A model generated the notes under the pieces. It saw nothing but the letters and a program-made list of their open reading frames with translations, made no database searches and was not told the origin of the DNA. Below, one piece after another: positions 1 to 10,341 of a stretch of DNA of 64,000 bases (the first letter of the stretch is position 1; the number at the start of each line of letters is the position of its first letter). The stretch is from Chloroflexota bacterium (GTDB lineage Bacteria > Chloroflexota > Dormibacteria > CF-121), in contig VBEE01000035.1 of NCBI GenBank assembly GCA_005881715.1, positions 12,260-76,259 on the forward strand. The letters are read 5' to 3'. Both the position numbers and the translations under genes were made by a program.

Positions 1-1392
1 CTGCCGCCGGCGCAGCTGATGCGGCGCCGCCGCCCGCACGGTCGCATCGAAGGCGACGTCCGTGACCTTCTCGGTCTGCGAGCTGCGCACGTAGCGTCCG
101 CGTTTCGTCTCGCTTTTCGTCGAGGTGCGCTTGCCCGCGGCGCGGCGGGCCTGCCGCTCGCGGGGCAGATCCAGCTTCTTGACCGCGAAGGTGCGTAACT
201 GGATCACGGTATCGGGCTCGACGTCGACCGCCTCGGTACTGGGCGACTCGCGCGCCTCAGCGGTGGTCCAGCCTTCATTCGACTCTCCGCCGGAGGCGCC
301 TTCCTGTTGGGTGGCCTCGCCTCGAGCGGCTTCCGCGGTTTCGGTCGGCGTCGTCGCCTGGATCTGGGCCAGCTGCTCCGCGGCGCGGGACGCCAGCTCC
401 TGCGCCTGCTCCGGCTTGTCGGTAGCGGCGTCGCGACGGCGGTGCGCCAGGGCCAGCTCGAGGGCCTCCAGCACGTCGGCCAGCTCGACAAGAGCCGCGC
501 CGCGAAGCGCGCAGATCGCTCGAGCGGTGCGCGCCACTACCAGGTCAGCCCGGTGGCCCGCCACGGAACCGTCCAGGCAGAGCCGGGCAATCAGCGACCG
601 GATCGCATCGGGGAGTTGCACCAGATCGAGGCGCGTCGTCGCCGCCTGCAGCCGGTCGTAAAGCTCCAACTCGCGTGGCGCCGCCGTCCGGTGCACCGCC
701 TGCGGGTTGTCGAGGAATTCCCGCTCGAGCTCCATGACGCGAAGCCGCTGATCGATGTCGGTCGGGGTCGTCACCTCGACGCAGAGCCCAAACCGATCGA
801 GCAACTGGGGGCGGAGCTCACCTTCCTCCGGATTCATGGTGCCGACCAGGATGAAGTGGGCTGGGTGCGTAACCGACATTCCCTCGCGTTCGACGACGTT
901 GATCCCCATCGCCGCGGCGTCCAGGAGGACATCGACGAGGTGGTCGTCGAGCAGATTGACCTCGTCGACATATAGAAGGTTGCGGTTGGCCTCAGCCAGT
1001 ACGCCGGGCTGGAAACGCCGGGTCCCGGCCCTGACCGCCGCCTCGATATCGATCGAGCCGACCAGCCGGTCTTCCGACGCGTTGATCGGCAATTCCACGA
1101 TCCGCATCGGCAGCCTGACCACCGGCAATCGCCCCGAGTTCGCCCGACGGCGGCACTCGTCGCAGTAGCGGGAAGGGATCGCCGGGTCACAGCGGTACGG
1201 ACACTGGTCGACCGCCTCGTAGTCGGGTAGCAGCCGCCCCAGGGCGCGCACCGCCGATGACTTGGCAGTGCCGCGATCGCCGCGGATCAGCACGCCGCCG
1301 ATCGCCGGATCGATGGCATTGAGCAGGAGCGCCTTCTTCATCTGCTCTTGACCGACGATCGCCGAAAACGGCAAAGTCAGCTCGAATGGCAC
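1..1392 (-). CDS. Magnesium/cobalt chelatase ChlI/ChlD-like AAA+ ATPase (3' end outside window)
   Basis: Not in the ORF track because no stop falls in the window. GTG at 1392 reads [45 protein letters not shown], later [25 protein letters not shown] and [21 protein letters not shown], typical of ChlI/ChlD. Confidence 0.9.
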   Translation of the reverse strand, partial: MPFELTLPFSAIVGQEQMKKALLLNAIDPAIGGVLIRGDRGTAKSSAVRALGRLLPDYEAVDQCPYRCDPAIPSRYCDECRRRANSGRLPVVRLPMRIVELPINASEDRLVGSIDIEAAVRAGTRRFQPGVLAEANRNLLYVDEVNLLDDHLVDVLLDAAAMGINVVEREGMSVTHPAHFILVGTMNPEEGELRPQLLDRFGLCVEVTTPTDIDQRLRVMELEREFLDNPQAVHRTAAPRELELYDRLQAATTRLDLVQLPDAIRSLIARLCLDGSVAGHRADLVVARTARAICALRGAALVELADVLEALELALAHRRRDAATDKPEQAQELASRAAEQLAQIQATTPTETAEAARGEATQQEGASGGESNEGWTTAEARESPSTEAVDVEPDTVIQLRTFAVKKLDLPRERQARRAAGKRTSTKSETKRGRYVRSSQTEKVTDVAFDATVRAAAPHQLRRRQ

Positions 1393-1490
1393 GCTATGAG
1401 TCTAGCCAGACCTCGTCATGCGGAAACAGTTGGCGGAAGCTGAGCGTAAGGTTCGCCTGTCGAAACCGTTCTTGTTCGTAACGCCAAAGC

Positions 1491-1928
1491 ATGTGTCTGT
1501 ATGTTTACGTCGCCACCGACTCGGATCTGCCTGAACTCCGGTGGGATAAGAAACAGCCGGCGTTCAACGTCCACCGTCTGAAGCGCAAGGAAAAATTCCT
1601 GCGTGGCCTGTCAGGCGCCAATGCCTACATCCTCGGATCACACGAGGGGTGCGGTTGTGGATTCATATTGGACGAGTTGAGTGATCCTGAAGATCGGGCT
1701 GCCTCCGAGGATTCGCGGCGGAGGCTTTGTGAGTATGTCGACGCGGTCGTTCGCGGCGAAGCCAGCGTTGTCCTGCTTGCAGCCTGGCAGGGAGACGAGG
1801 GCAAGCCCCCGGTCCGTGCCAGGGTGACAGCCCAGGATTTACTGGCGTACCCATGGGATCGAACATGGGACGCCCCTCATGTGATAGAGGTCACATCGAC
1901 GTCCGGTCACCCTTCGTCGAGCCTATAA
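1491..1928 (+). CDS. Hypothetical protein with N-terminal Met-Cys and GSHEGCGCGF motif
   Basis: 145-aa ORF filling the gap between flanking genes; visibly more A/T-rich than neighbours. Confidence 0.7.
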   Translation: MCLYVYVATDSDLPELRWDKKQPAFNVHRLKRKEKFLRGLSGANAYILGSHEGCGCGFILDELSDPEDRAASEDSRRRLCEYVDAVVRGEASVVLLAAWQGDEGKPPVRARVTAQDLLAYPWDRTWDAPHVIEVTSTSGHPSSSL

Positions 1929-3086
1929 GTCGAGTTCTTTGGCGATGATTTCGCGCATGATTTCGTTCGTCCCGGCGCCGATTGGGCCCAGCCGGGCGTC
2001 GCGCCAGGCACGCTGGATCGGGTACTCCATCATGTAGCCGTAGCCGCCGTGGATCTGCAGCGCCCGGTCGGCGACGCTCACGTCCGCCTCGGTGGCGGCG
2101 ATCTTCGCCATCGAAACCTCTTTGGTGCAGGGCAGATTCTGCGAGTGCAGCCACAGGGCGTAGTAGGTCAGTTGCCGGGCCTGCTCGATCCTCAGCGCCA
2201 TGTCGGCGATTTCGTGCCGGATCACCTGCATCGACGTCAGCGTCTTGCCGAACTGCACCCGGTTCGATGCGTAATCGACAGCCAGCTCCAGGCTGCGCTG
2301 CGCCGATGCCACGGCCGAGATCGCGATCCACAGCCGCTCCCACTGAAAGTTCGCGACAGCCATTTTGAAGCCGTTGTTTTCCTCGCCGAGACGGTTCTCG
2401 ACCGGCACCCGGCAGTCCTGGAACACCAGCTCGGCGGTGTCGGACGCCCGCCATCCCAGCTTGTCCAGCTTGCGTCCGACCGTATAGCCGGGCGTGCCCC
2501 GTTCCACCACCAGCAGCGACAACCCATGATGGCCGCCCTCCGGCTTGGTGCGCGCGAGGATGACCACAAGGTCGGCATTGACGCCGTTGGTGATGAACAT
2601 TTTGGCGCCGTTGACCACGTAGGCATCACCCTGGCGACCGGCCATGGTCTGTACGTGGGCGATGTCCGAGCCGCCCGAAGGCTCGGTCACGCCCAGCGCG
2701 ACGATCTTTTCCCCCTTGATGGCCGGCGCCAGCCAGCGCTGGAGTTGCGCCTGGTCGCCGAAATCATTGATCGGGGGCGTGGCGATGGCGACATGCGCGC
2801 CGATCCCGGCGGCGACCCCACCGGACCCGCACCGGGCGAGCTCTTCGAACAGGACGGCCTCGTAGAGCACGCCAGCGTTCGTCCCGCCAAATTGCTCGCG
2901 ATACTTGAGGCCGAGCAGATCGAGTGCCCCGCAGCGACGGAAGAGCTCTCGCGGAAACTGCTGCGCCTGCTCCCACTCATCGACGTGGGGCCGAACCTCC
3001 TTCTCGATGAAGCGGCGCACGGTCCCACGGAATTCCTCGTGGTCCGGCGCAAAGAGATGCGAACGCGGCGTGGCTACGTTCGCCAG
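1923..3086 (-). CDS. Acyl-CoA dehydrogenase
   Basis: Motifs ALGVTEPSGGSD, NGAKMFITNG, LGWRASDTAEL, QIHGGYGYMMEY, IGAGTNEIMR. Start uncertain; CTG at 3086 assumed. Confidence 0.93.
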   Translation of the reverse strand: MANVATPRSHLFAPDHEEFRGTVRRFIEKEVRPHVDEWEQAQQFPRELFRRCGALDLLGLKYREQFGGTNAGVLYEAVLFEELARCGSGGVAAGIGAHVAIATPPINDFGDQAQLQRWLAPAIKGEKIVALGVTEPSGGSDIAHVQTMAGRQGDAYVVNGAKMFITNGVNADLVVILARTKPEGGHHGLSLLVVERGTPGYTVGRKLDKLGWRASDTAELVFQDCRVPVENRLGEENNGFKMAVANFQWERLWIAISAVASAQRSLELAVDYASNRVQFGKTLTSMQVIRHEIADMALRIEQARQLTYYALWLHSQNLPCTKEVSMAKIAATEADVSVADRALQIHGGYGYMMEYPIQRAWRDARLGPIGAGTNEIMREIIAKELDL

Positions 3087-3547
3087 TAGTTGATGAACTC
3101 CGGGTATTGATCGACGGTCGCGCTCGCCAGGGGTTCGGGCAGGCGCACGAACATGCCGCGCGCCTCCGCCAGGACGGTACCGTCCATCAGCTCCACCGCT
3201 CCGACGGCATCGATCGCGCCATTGCGCTCGCGCGCGATCTCGCCCCACACGCGAAGCGGCTGGTCGATTGGCGCCGGCTGCCGGTAGCGGATGTCGAGCT
3301 TGCCCGTCATCAGCCACTCCTGACGCAGCGCCCCGGTGCGGCCCATCGTTTCATCCAGCATCGTCGCCAGGATGCCCCCGTGGAGGACACCCGGAAAGCC
3401 CTGGTAGCGCTCGGCGGGTGTGTAGTCCGCGACGATCCGCTCGCCGTCCCGCCGAAAGGTCAGTTTGAGCCCGGATTCGTTCCGGTGGCCGCAGGCAAAG
3501 CACCGCTGGTATGTGGTTTCATCATTGAGTTTGTCGGGGTCTTGCAC
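3074..3547 (-). CDS. PaaI-family hotdog thioesterase
   Basis: CFACGHRNESGLKL and YQGFPGVLHGGILATMLDETMG; GTG start at 3547. Confidence 0.9.
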   Translation of the reverse strand: MQDPDKLNDETTYQRCFACGHRNESGLKLTFRRDGERIVADYTPAERYQGFPGVLHGGILATMLDETMGRTGALRQEWLMTGKLDIRYRQPAPIDQPLRVWGEIARERNGAIDAVGAVELMDGTVLAEARGMFVRLPEPLASATVDQYPEFINYWRT

Positions 3548-3589
3548 GGCCTGCGACCAGTCTATCAGCCGATTTGGAGGGCACTCGTA

Positions 3590-4693
3590 TTGGACCGACG
3601 CTCGGAGGCGCTGGCGCAATTGCTCGAGACGGCACTCTCGGAGCGCTTCGCCACGCCGGTCATCGAGCTCCTCCAGGCGACGCCGATCCCAGTGGCGGTG
3701 GTTCAGGTTTCGGATCTCCGCGTGCTCGCCCTGAACGAGCTGATGGCGCGGGTCTACCACCGGCCCGACGCCGCCGGGCTGACGATTTCGGCCTTGCTGC
3801 CACCGACGCATCCGCTGTCTGATCCCCGCCCATATCGCTCGGTCTCGGTAGCGGGTCGCGCCCACAGTGCCACGATCGTGATCGACGGGCAAACCTGGGA
3901 ATGGTTCATTCGGCCACTCAAGGGCGAGGGCCGGAGCGTCGAGCATCTTTTGACGGGCATGGTCGCCCAACCCGCGGCCCCACTCGATGTGGACGTGGCG
4001 CGATTGCGCGAGATGAGCACGGCCAAGACGGAGTTCCTGAACGTGGCGGCGCACGAGCTGCGGACGCCGTTGAGCGTGATCCTCGGCTACGGGTCCCTGC
4101 TCGCCCAGGGCGGGCTCAGCGCCGAGCATCAGAAACTGGCCGGGGCTCGCATCTACGAGAAGGCGAGGCAGCTGAGCCGCCTGATCATGGATATGAGCCT
4201 GGTCGGCCGGCTCGACGAGCTGGGATCGGCGATGGCCAAGGAGGAGCTCGACCTGGTCGACCTGGTCGAGCCGATGGTCAAAGAGCAGCAGCGGCGCTTT
4301 GCCGACCTTGCGATCGACCTGCGCCTCGATGTCATGACGGCGCCGATCCAGGGCAACTCGTACTGGCTGAGCCTCGCGGTTCGCGAGTTACTCGACAACG
4401 CCATCCGCTTTCGGCCAGGACCCACGGGGCGGATCGACGTGGCACTGGCCGGCGCGGAAACACACTGGACGATCAGCGTGCTCGATGACGGCTTTGGCAT
4501 CGAGCCCCAGCACCAGGGCCAGCTCTTCAAGCGGTTCGCCCGCATCGAGAATGAGGCAACCAGCCATCTTCTGGGCCTCGGCATCGGCCTTTACATCGTG
4601 GAGGAGGTCGCGAAAGCCCACGGCGGGCGGGTCCTCGTCGACAGCCGCCCCGGTTCCGGTAGCGAATTCACGCTGGAATTGCCCCGCACCTAG
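3590..4693 (+). CDS. Cytoplasmic sensor histidine kinase (PAS-like + HisKA + HATPase)
   Basis: GGAGG then TTG at 3590; H-box AAHELRTPL, N-box ELLDNAIRF, DDGFGI, GLGIGL. Confidence 0.9.
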   Translation: MDRRSEALAQLLETALSERFATPVIELLQATPIPVAVVQVSDLRVLALNELMARVYHRPDAAGLTISALLPPTHPLSDPRPYRSVSVAGRAHSATIVIDGQTWEWFIRPLKGEGRSVEHLLTGMVAQPAAPLDVDVARLREMSTAKTEFLNVAAHELRTPLSVILGYGSLLAQGGLSAEHQKLAGARIYEKARQLSRLIMDMSLVGRLDELGSAMAKEELDLVDLVEPMVKEQQRRFADLAIDLRLDVMTAPIQGNSYWLSLAVRELLDNAIRFRPGPTGRIDVALAGAETHWTISVLDDGFGIEPQHQGQLFKRFARIENEATSHLLGLGIGLYIVEEVAKAHGGRVLVDSRPGSGSEFTLELPRT

Positions 4694-4788
4694 CGGTCGG
4701 CCGCCGGGCCGCTGAGAAGGTGATACCGGCTTTGAGTGACAACCGTAAAGCCGCCGATCTATAGTTGAAGCGTCCTCGGGGACCCTCC

Positions 4789-5412
4789 ATGCCTCAAGTG
4801 CTCGTGCTGGCAGCCTTCGCCTATTTGCTCGGTTCCGTCCCTTCTGGCTGGCTGGTGATGAAGGTCTACCGCAACCAGGACCTCCGCAAGCTTGGCAGCG
4901 GCAATATCGGGGCGGCCAATGTGTTCCGGGCCGGTGGCCCGGGCGCCTTCACCGCCACCCTGGTCGCCGACGGGCTCAAGGGCTTTATTCCCGTCATGCT
5001 GGGCATCGCGTTCGGGCTCGGCGATCAGGAAATCGCGCTGGCCCTGATCGGCCTGGCCGCCGTCATGGGCCATACCTGGTCGCTCTACCTGGGCTTCCGC
5101 GGGGGCAAGGGCGTCGCGACCTCCGGCGGTGTCCTGCTGGCGCTTGCCCCGGTGGCGCTGGTGCTGGCCCTGGTCAGCTGGTTCCTCGTTGTCCGTCTCA
5201 CCCGGCTGGCGTCGCTCTCCTCGCTGATCGCCGTTGCGGTCGGCTTCGTCAGCTTGATCGCGCTTCACCTCGTTGGCTGGCAGGCGTGGCGCCCCGTGGG
5301 GTGGCCCGTGATCGTCCTTGGTGTGGCCCTGGTCGGGCTGGTGCTGTACCGGCATCGGGGCAACATCGGGCGGCTCGCCACCGGCCGAGAGCTGAAGATC
5401 ACCACCCACTGA
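4789..5412 (+). CDS. plsY: Glycerol-3-phosphate acyltransferase PlsY
   Basis: YLLGSVPSG, DLRKLGSGNIGAANVFR, FRGGKGVAT, HRGNIGRL. Confidence 0.95.
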   Translation: MPQVLVLAAFAYLLGSVPSGWLVMKVYRNQDLRKLGSGNIGAANVFRAGGPGAFTATLVADGLKGFIPVMLGIAFGLGDQEIALALIGLAAVMGHTWSLYLGFRGGKGVATSGGVLLALAPVALVLALVSWFLVVRLTRLASLSSLIAVAVGFVSLIALHLVGWQAWRPVGWPVIVLGVALVGLVLYRHRGNIGRLATGRELKITTH

Positions 5413-6482
5413 TGCCCGAGCGACCGGCGCCCGCGCCGCCGCTGAGATTTCTGTTCTTTGGCGCCGGGGCGGTCGGCTCACTGCTGGGGGCCAGGCTTGC
5501 CCAGGCCGGCAGCGAGGTGACCCTGATCGGCCGGCCATCGCACGTCGAGGCCGTTGCCCGCGATGGGGTGCGCATGGTCGTGGCCGGCAAGGTCAGCAAC
5601 CAGTCGGTGCTGGCGGCGCGGCCAAGCATCGCGGAAGCCGGCGGACCGTTCGACTACGTCTTCCTCACCGTCAAGGGCTACGACACGCTGGACGCGATCG
5701 ATCAGTTGCAGCTCGCCCTCCGTCCAGGCACCATCCTGGGAAGTTTCCAGAACGGCGTGGGCAACGAGGAAACTATCGCCCTGGCGCTGCCAGAGCAGGC
5801 GCTGGTGGCAGGAAGTCTGACCGTTCCCGTCAGCCTGGACGAGCCTGGGACCATCCAGTTGCACTCGCGGCGGGGCGGGGTGGCGCTGGCACCGGTGTCG
5901 CCGGAGGTCAATGTGGCGCCGCTGGTCCGCAAGCTGGGCGATACCGGATTGAAGGCCCGCCGCTACGCGGACTTCCGCGCGATGAAGTGGTCGAAGCTGC
6001 TGTTCAACATCATCGGGAATGCGCAGAGCGCAATCCTGGACCTGCCGCCCAGCCATGTCTTCGCCGACAGCGAGCTCTTCCGCTACGAGCGCGCCGCCTT
6101 CCTGGAGGCGGTCACGGTCATGAACCGAATGCGGCTGTCAGTGGTCGCGTTACCCGGCCTCCCCGCGCCCAGCCTGCGGCGTGCCATGAATCTCCCGCCG
6201 CTGCTGGCCCAGATGTTGCTGGAACCGCGGCTGGGTGGGGCCCGCGGAAACAAGATGCCCTCTCTCTGGTGGGACCTCAGCCGGGCCAAGGGGAAGACGG
6301 AGGCGGCCTTCCTGAACGGGGCGGTGGTCGACGCCGGCCGTCGTTACGACGTGCCGACGCCCGTCAACTCGGTGCTCTGGGCGATCGTGGAGAAGTCGAC
6401 GAAACTGCCGTCGGAGTGGGAACGCTATCGGCGGCAGCCCGATCGGCTCAAGGCATTGCTCCGAACGGCGATCCGGTTGTAA
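5412..6482 (+). CDS. panE: 2-dehydropantoate 2-reductase (ketopantoate reductase family)
   Basis: ATG overlaps the plsY stop (TGATG); FGAGAVGS Rossmann motif, FQNGVGNEE, KWSKLLFN, TEAAFLNGAVV. Confidence 0.85.
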   Translation: MPERPAPAPPLRFLFFGAGAVGSLLGARLAQAGSEVTLIGRPSHVEAVARDGVRMVVAGKVSNQSVLAARPSIAEAGGPFDYVFLTVKGYDTLDAIDQLQLALRPGTILGSFQNGVGNEETIALALPEQALVAGSLTVPVSLDEPGTIQLHSRRGGVALAPVSPEVNVAPLVRKLGDTGLKARRYADFRAMKWSKLLFNIIGNAQSAILDLPPSHVFADSELFRYERAAFLEAVTVMNRMRLSVVALPGLPAPSLRRAMNLPPLLAQMLLEPRLGGARGNKMPSLWWDLSRAKGKTEAAFLNGAVVDAGRRYDVPTPVNSVLWAIVEKSTKLPSEWERYRRQPDRLKALLRTAIRL

Positions 6483-6561
6483 ACCCACTGCGGTAAGTGG
6501 CCCGGCGCAGGCGATAGAATTCTCGCTTGGAACGGGGGGTTTCCGGCAGGGAGAGGAGCAC

Positions 6562-7656
6562 ATGAAGAAATCCGTTCGACTCGCCGCGACCATGCTGGCC
6601 GCCGCGGCGCTGGGAGCCTGCGGCACGACAAACTCGACGACGTCAACCAACCAACCATTCAAGGCAGCCTGGATCTATGTCGGGACGGCCGGCGATCATG
6701 GCTGGACACAGGCCCATGACGATGGCCGCAAAGTGGTGGAACAGCAATTGGGCACTGCCGTCAAGACAACCTTCAAGGAGAACGTGCCCGAAGGGCCACA
6801 GGTTGAGCAGGTGGTCGAGGGCCTCGTCCGGGATGGCAACAAGATCATTTTCGCGACGTCATTCGGGTTCCAGGACGCGATGGCCAATGAGGCGGCCAAG
6901 CATCCCGACGTCAAGTTCGAGCAGGCCACCGGGTTCAAGACCGCCAACAATCTGGCTGAGTACTTCGGCGCGGCCGAGGACGCCGACTACCTGACCGGCA
7001 TGGCGCTGGGCGCCGCCAGTAGCAAAGGCAAGATCGGCTTTGTCGCCCCCTTCCCCATCCCCGAAGTCATCCGCGAGATCAACGCGGTTGCCCTGGGCGC
7101 CCAGACCACGCATCCGGGCGCGACCGTCCAGGTGGTCTGGACGAATACCTGGTTTGATCCCACCAAGGAGAAGCAGGCGGCGCAGAGCCTCCTCAGCCGG
7201 GGCGTGGACGCGATCGGCCAGGGGCAGGACAGCCCGGCCACCGGCGAGGCGGCCAAGGCGGTCGGCGTCAAGTGGAGCGGGTACGACTCCGATCAATCCA
7301 ACGTCGCGCCAGACATCTGGCTGACCGGCACCGTCTACCACTGGGGGCCCTATTACGTCAAGCGGGTCAAAGCCGCCATGGACGGCAGCTGGAAGACCGG
7401 CAGCTACTACGGCAGCATCGGCGACGGCATGATCGACATCGCGCCCTTCGGGCAGTCGGTGACCCAAGCCGCACGCGACCAGATCAACGCCAAGAAGGAG
7501 GCTCTCAAGAGTGGGACCTTCTACGAGTTCACCGGGCCACTGAAGGACCAGTCGGGAGCGGTCAAGATCGCTGCGGGAACCAAGATGACGTTAGAGCAGA
7601 TCCTATCCATGGACTGGTTCGTGCAAGGAGTGATCGGCAGCCCGAAGGGCGGCTGA
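6562..7656 (+). CDS. BMP-family ABC transporter substrate-binding lipoprotein (purine/nucleoside type)
   Basis: Lipobox LGAC; DHGWTQAHD, IFATSFGF, WTNTWFDP; RBS GAGGAG. Confidence 0.93.
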   Translation: MKKSVRLAATMLAAAALGACGTTNSTTSTNQPFKAAWIYVGTAGDHGWTQAHDDGRKVVEQQLGTAVKTTFKENVPEGPQVEQVVEGLVRDGNKIIFATSFGFQDAMANEAAKHPDVKFEQATGFKTANNLAEYFGAAEDADYLTGMALGAASSKGKIGFVAPFPIPEVIREINAVALGAQTTHPGATVQVVWTNTWFDPTKEKQAAQSLLSRGVDAIGQGQDSPATGEAAKAVGVKWSGYDSDQSNVAPDIWLTGTVYHWGPYYVKRVKAAMDGSWKTGSYYGSIGDGMIDIAPFGQSVTQAARDQINAKKEALKSGTFYEFTGPLKDQSGAVKIAAGTKMTLEQILSMDWFVQGVIGSPKGG

Positions 7657-7708
7657 TTGCGTCACCCCCATCGCCGCTGAATCCGTCACGGCTGGGCCGC
7701 CCCCAGCC

Positions 7709-9214
7709 GTGACGATGCGGGGAATCACCAAGCGGTTCCCCGGCGTGGTCGCCAACGAGCAGGTCGATTTCGAAGCCCTGCAGGGCGAGATTCACGCGTT
7801 ACTCGGCGAGAATGGGGCCGGCAAGTCGACCCTTTCCAACATCCTGACCGGGCTCTACCGACCGGACGAGGGCGAGATCCTGGTCAACGGTCAACCGGTC
7901 GCCTTCCGCTCCCCGCGGGACGCGATCGCGGCCGGCATCGGCATGGTGCACCAGCACTTCCGGCTGGCGGCCTCGTTCACGGTCGCTGAGAACCTCGTGC
8001 TCGGGCATCGCGACGCCGCCGACCGTGGCTTCCTGCTGGAGCCCAGCGTGATCGAAGGCCGGGTCACCGAGCTGGCGCGGCGCTACCGGATGCCGGTCGA
8101 TCCTGGTGCCCGCGTGTGGCAGTTGTCGGTCGGCGAGCAGCAGCGGGTCGAGGTCTTAAAGACGCTCTACCGAGGGGCACGCATCCTGATCCTCGACGAG
8201 CCCACCTCCCTGCTGACGCCCCAGGAGTCCGAAAATCTCTTCGAAACGCTCCGCCTGATGGCGGCCGAGGGCCGGACCGTGATCTTCATCTCCCACAAGC
8301 TCGAGGAGGTGATGGCCGTCTCGCGCCGGGTCACGGTACTCCGTCGTGGGAAGGTGATCGGAACGGTCCCGACCACCGAGACCAATCCGCGCGAACTGGC
8401 TCGGATGATGGTCGGGCGCGATGTCGTCTTCACCCAGAAGAAACAGGGGCCTGCCCGAGCTGAGCGTGAGGTCATCCTCGACCTGCTGGGTGTCTCTGCC
8501 CTGGGCGACCTCGGCACCTTCGCCCTGCGCGATGTGTCCCTGACCGTCCATGCTGGGGAGATCGTGGGGGTTGCCGGGGTTGCCGGCAACGGCCAGCGCG
8601 AGCTGGCGGAAGTCATCACCGGCATGCGCCGGCCAACGGCTGGCTCCGTGGTGGTTGCGGGAAGACCGGTGCGCCCCGGCGACCCGCTCACCGCCATCCG
8701 ACGCGGCGTCAGCCACGTCCCCGAAGATCGGATGGGGACCGGCGTGGCGCCCTCGCTGAGCATCGCCGACAACCTGGTACTCAAGGCGTATCGGCGGGCA
8801 CCGATCTCCACCCAGGGCTTCCTCCACGCCGGGCGGATCCGGACGAACGCGATCGAGTTGATGCGTCGTTTCAATATCGCGGCGCCCGGGCCCCAGACGC
8901 CGACCCGGTTGCTATCAGGCGGGAACGTTCAGAAGGTCCTGCTGGCCCGGGAGCTCTCCAGCCGACCCCGGATCCTGGTGGCGGCCTCGCCGACCCGCGG
9001 CCTCGACGTGGCCGCGACCGACTCGGTGCGCGCCCTCTTACTGGAAGCGGCGGCGGCGGGCGTGGGCATCCTGCTGATTAGCGAGGACCTTGACGAGATC
9101 CTGGCGCTGGCCGATCGTGTCGCGGTTCTTTACCGCGGCCATATCATGGGTGTGGTCGAGCGGCAGAACGCCAGAGTCGAAGAGCTGGGCCTGATGATGG
9201 CGGGCGCCGCGTGA
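7709..9214 (+). CDS. Nucleoside/sugar ABC transporter ATP-binding protein (two NBDs)
   Basis: GENGAGKST, LSVGEQQRVE, ILDEPT, LSGGNVQK. Confidence 0.95.
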   Translation: MTMRGITKRFPGVVANEQVDFEALQGEIHALLGENGAGKSTLSNILTGLYRPDEGEILVNGQPVAFRSPRDAIAAGIGMVHQHFRLAASFTVAENLVLGHRDAADRGFLLEPSVIEGRVTELARRYRMPVDPGARVWQLSVGEQQRVEVLKTLYRGARILILDEPTSLLTPQESENLFETLRLMAAEGRTVIFISHKLEEVMAVSRRVTVLRRGKVIGTVPTTETNPRELARMMVGRDVVFTQKKQGPARAEREVILDLLGVSALGDLGTFALRDVSLTVHAGEIVGVAGVAGNGQRELAEVITGMRRPTAGSVVVAGRPVRPGDPLTAIRRGVSHVPEDRMGTGVAPSLSIADNLVLKAYRRAPISTQGFLHAGRIRTNAIELMRRFNIAAPGPQTPTRLLSGGNVQKVLLARELSSRPRILVAASPTRGLDVAATDSVRALLLEAAAAGVGILLISEDLDEILALADRVAVLYRGHIMGVVERQNARVEELGLMMAGAA

Positions 9215-10341
9215 TCCGGATCGAGCGCCGCCTGACCGAGGCCCGCTGGTTGCTGGTGGCGGTTCCGGTGGGGTCACTGATCGGCGCGGTGATCCTGTCC
9301 AGCGTCATCCTGCTTGCGACCGGGCATGATCCGCTGGGCACCTGGCAGCGGCTCCTGGACCGCGGTTTCCTGTCGGAAGGCGCCCTGAGCGCCACCCTGG
9401 TGCAAGCGACTCCGCTATTACTGACGGGCCTCGCCGCCGCCGCCGCCTTCCGCATGCAGACCTGGAACATCGGCGCCGAGGGACAGCTCTACCTGGGCGC
9501 GGTCGGCGCGTCCGGAGCCGGAATTGCCCTGGGAAGTCAGCCGGCCGCCCTCGTCATCCCGGCGATGGTGCTGGCCGGGCTGGTGACCGGCGCCGCATGG
9601 GCCGCGATCCCAGGCGTACTCCGGGCGGTGTTCCGCACCAACGAGATCATCACGTCGCTCATGCTCAACTACGTCGCGGGTTTGCTGATCACCTACTTGA
9701 TCTTTGATAGCCAGTCCTACTGGCGCGAATTGTCAACCTTCACGTCGAGGGTTTTCCCGCAGGGCAAGTACCTCTCGGCAGCAGCCGGCTGGCCAAGCGT
9801 TCAGATCGCGGGTATCGCCATCCCGTTCGGCTTCCTCCTGGGGATGGTTGCGGCAGCAAGTCTCTGGCTGCTCTATCGGTCCACCCGCTTTGGCTTCGAG
9901 GCGCGCGTGATCGGCGACTCACGCGCGGCGGCGCATTACGCGGGCATCCGGACCCGGCGAAAGATCGTCGCGGTCATGGCGCTGTCCGGCGCGTTCGCCG
10001 GGCTCGGCGGCGCCGCCGAGATCGGCGATTTTCGTCACGTCCTCGATCCGCGCGGCCTGCAGCAGGCGAGCTTTGGCTACGCTGGGATCGTCGTCGCAGC
10101 CCTGGCCCGGCTCAACCCGTTTGCGGTGATTCTCGTCGCCGTCTTACTTGGCGGGCTTTCGAACGGCGGCTTCTCGCTTCAGGGGGCGGATTTCCCGGCG
10201 GGCCTGGTTGGCACCCTCCAGGGACTCATCCTCTTTTGTGCCCTGGCCGGCGAGTTGCTGGTGCGCTACCGCGTCCGCGTCCAGCGCCCGCGACGCTCAC
10301 CTGTCCACCCGGCCGATGTCGCGACCGTGCGCCCGGCGTGA
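9211..10341 (+). CDS. Nucleoside ABC transporter permease
   Basis: WNIGAEGQLYLG, NEIITSLMLNY; GTGA overlap with the upstream gene. Confidence 0.93.
   Translation: MIRIERRLTEARWLLVAVPVGSLIGAVILSSVILLATGHDPLGTWQRLLDRGFLSEGALSATLVQATPLLLTGLAAAAAFRMQTWNIGAEGQLYLGAVGASGAGIALGSQPAALVIPAMVLAGLVTGAAWAAIPGVLRAVFRTNEIITSLMLNYVAGLLITYLIFDSQSYWRELSTFTSRVFPQGKYLSAAAGWPSVQIAGIAIPFGFLLGMVAAASLWLLYRSTRFGFEARVIGDSRAAAHYAGIRTRRKIVAVMALSGAFAGLGGAAEIGDFRHVLDPRGLQQASFGYAGIVVAALARLNPFAVILVAVLLGGLSNGGFSLQGADFPAGLVGTLQGLILFCALAGELLVRYRVRVQRPRRSPVHPADVATVRPA

Noticed and set aside
1..1392. Evidence of photosynthesis from the Mg-chelatase-like gene
   Set aside because: ChlI/ChlD-like ATPases are widespread in non-phototrophs, and no bch/chl genes are nearby.
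3074..4129. Extended overlapping thioesterase (351 aa) and kinase (528 aa) ORFs
   Set aside because: Homologous regions begin at 3547 and 3590; the genes are simply divergent.
6483..6561. Purine riboswitch ahead of the nucleoside ABC operon
   Set aside because: The leader is short and lacks the conserved purine aptamer core.
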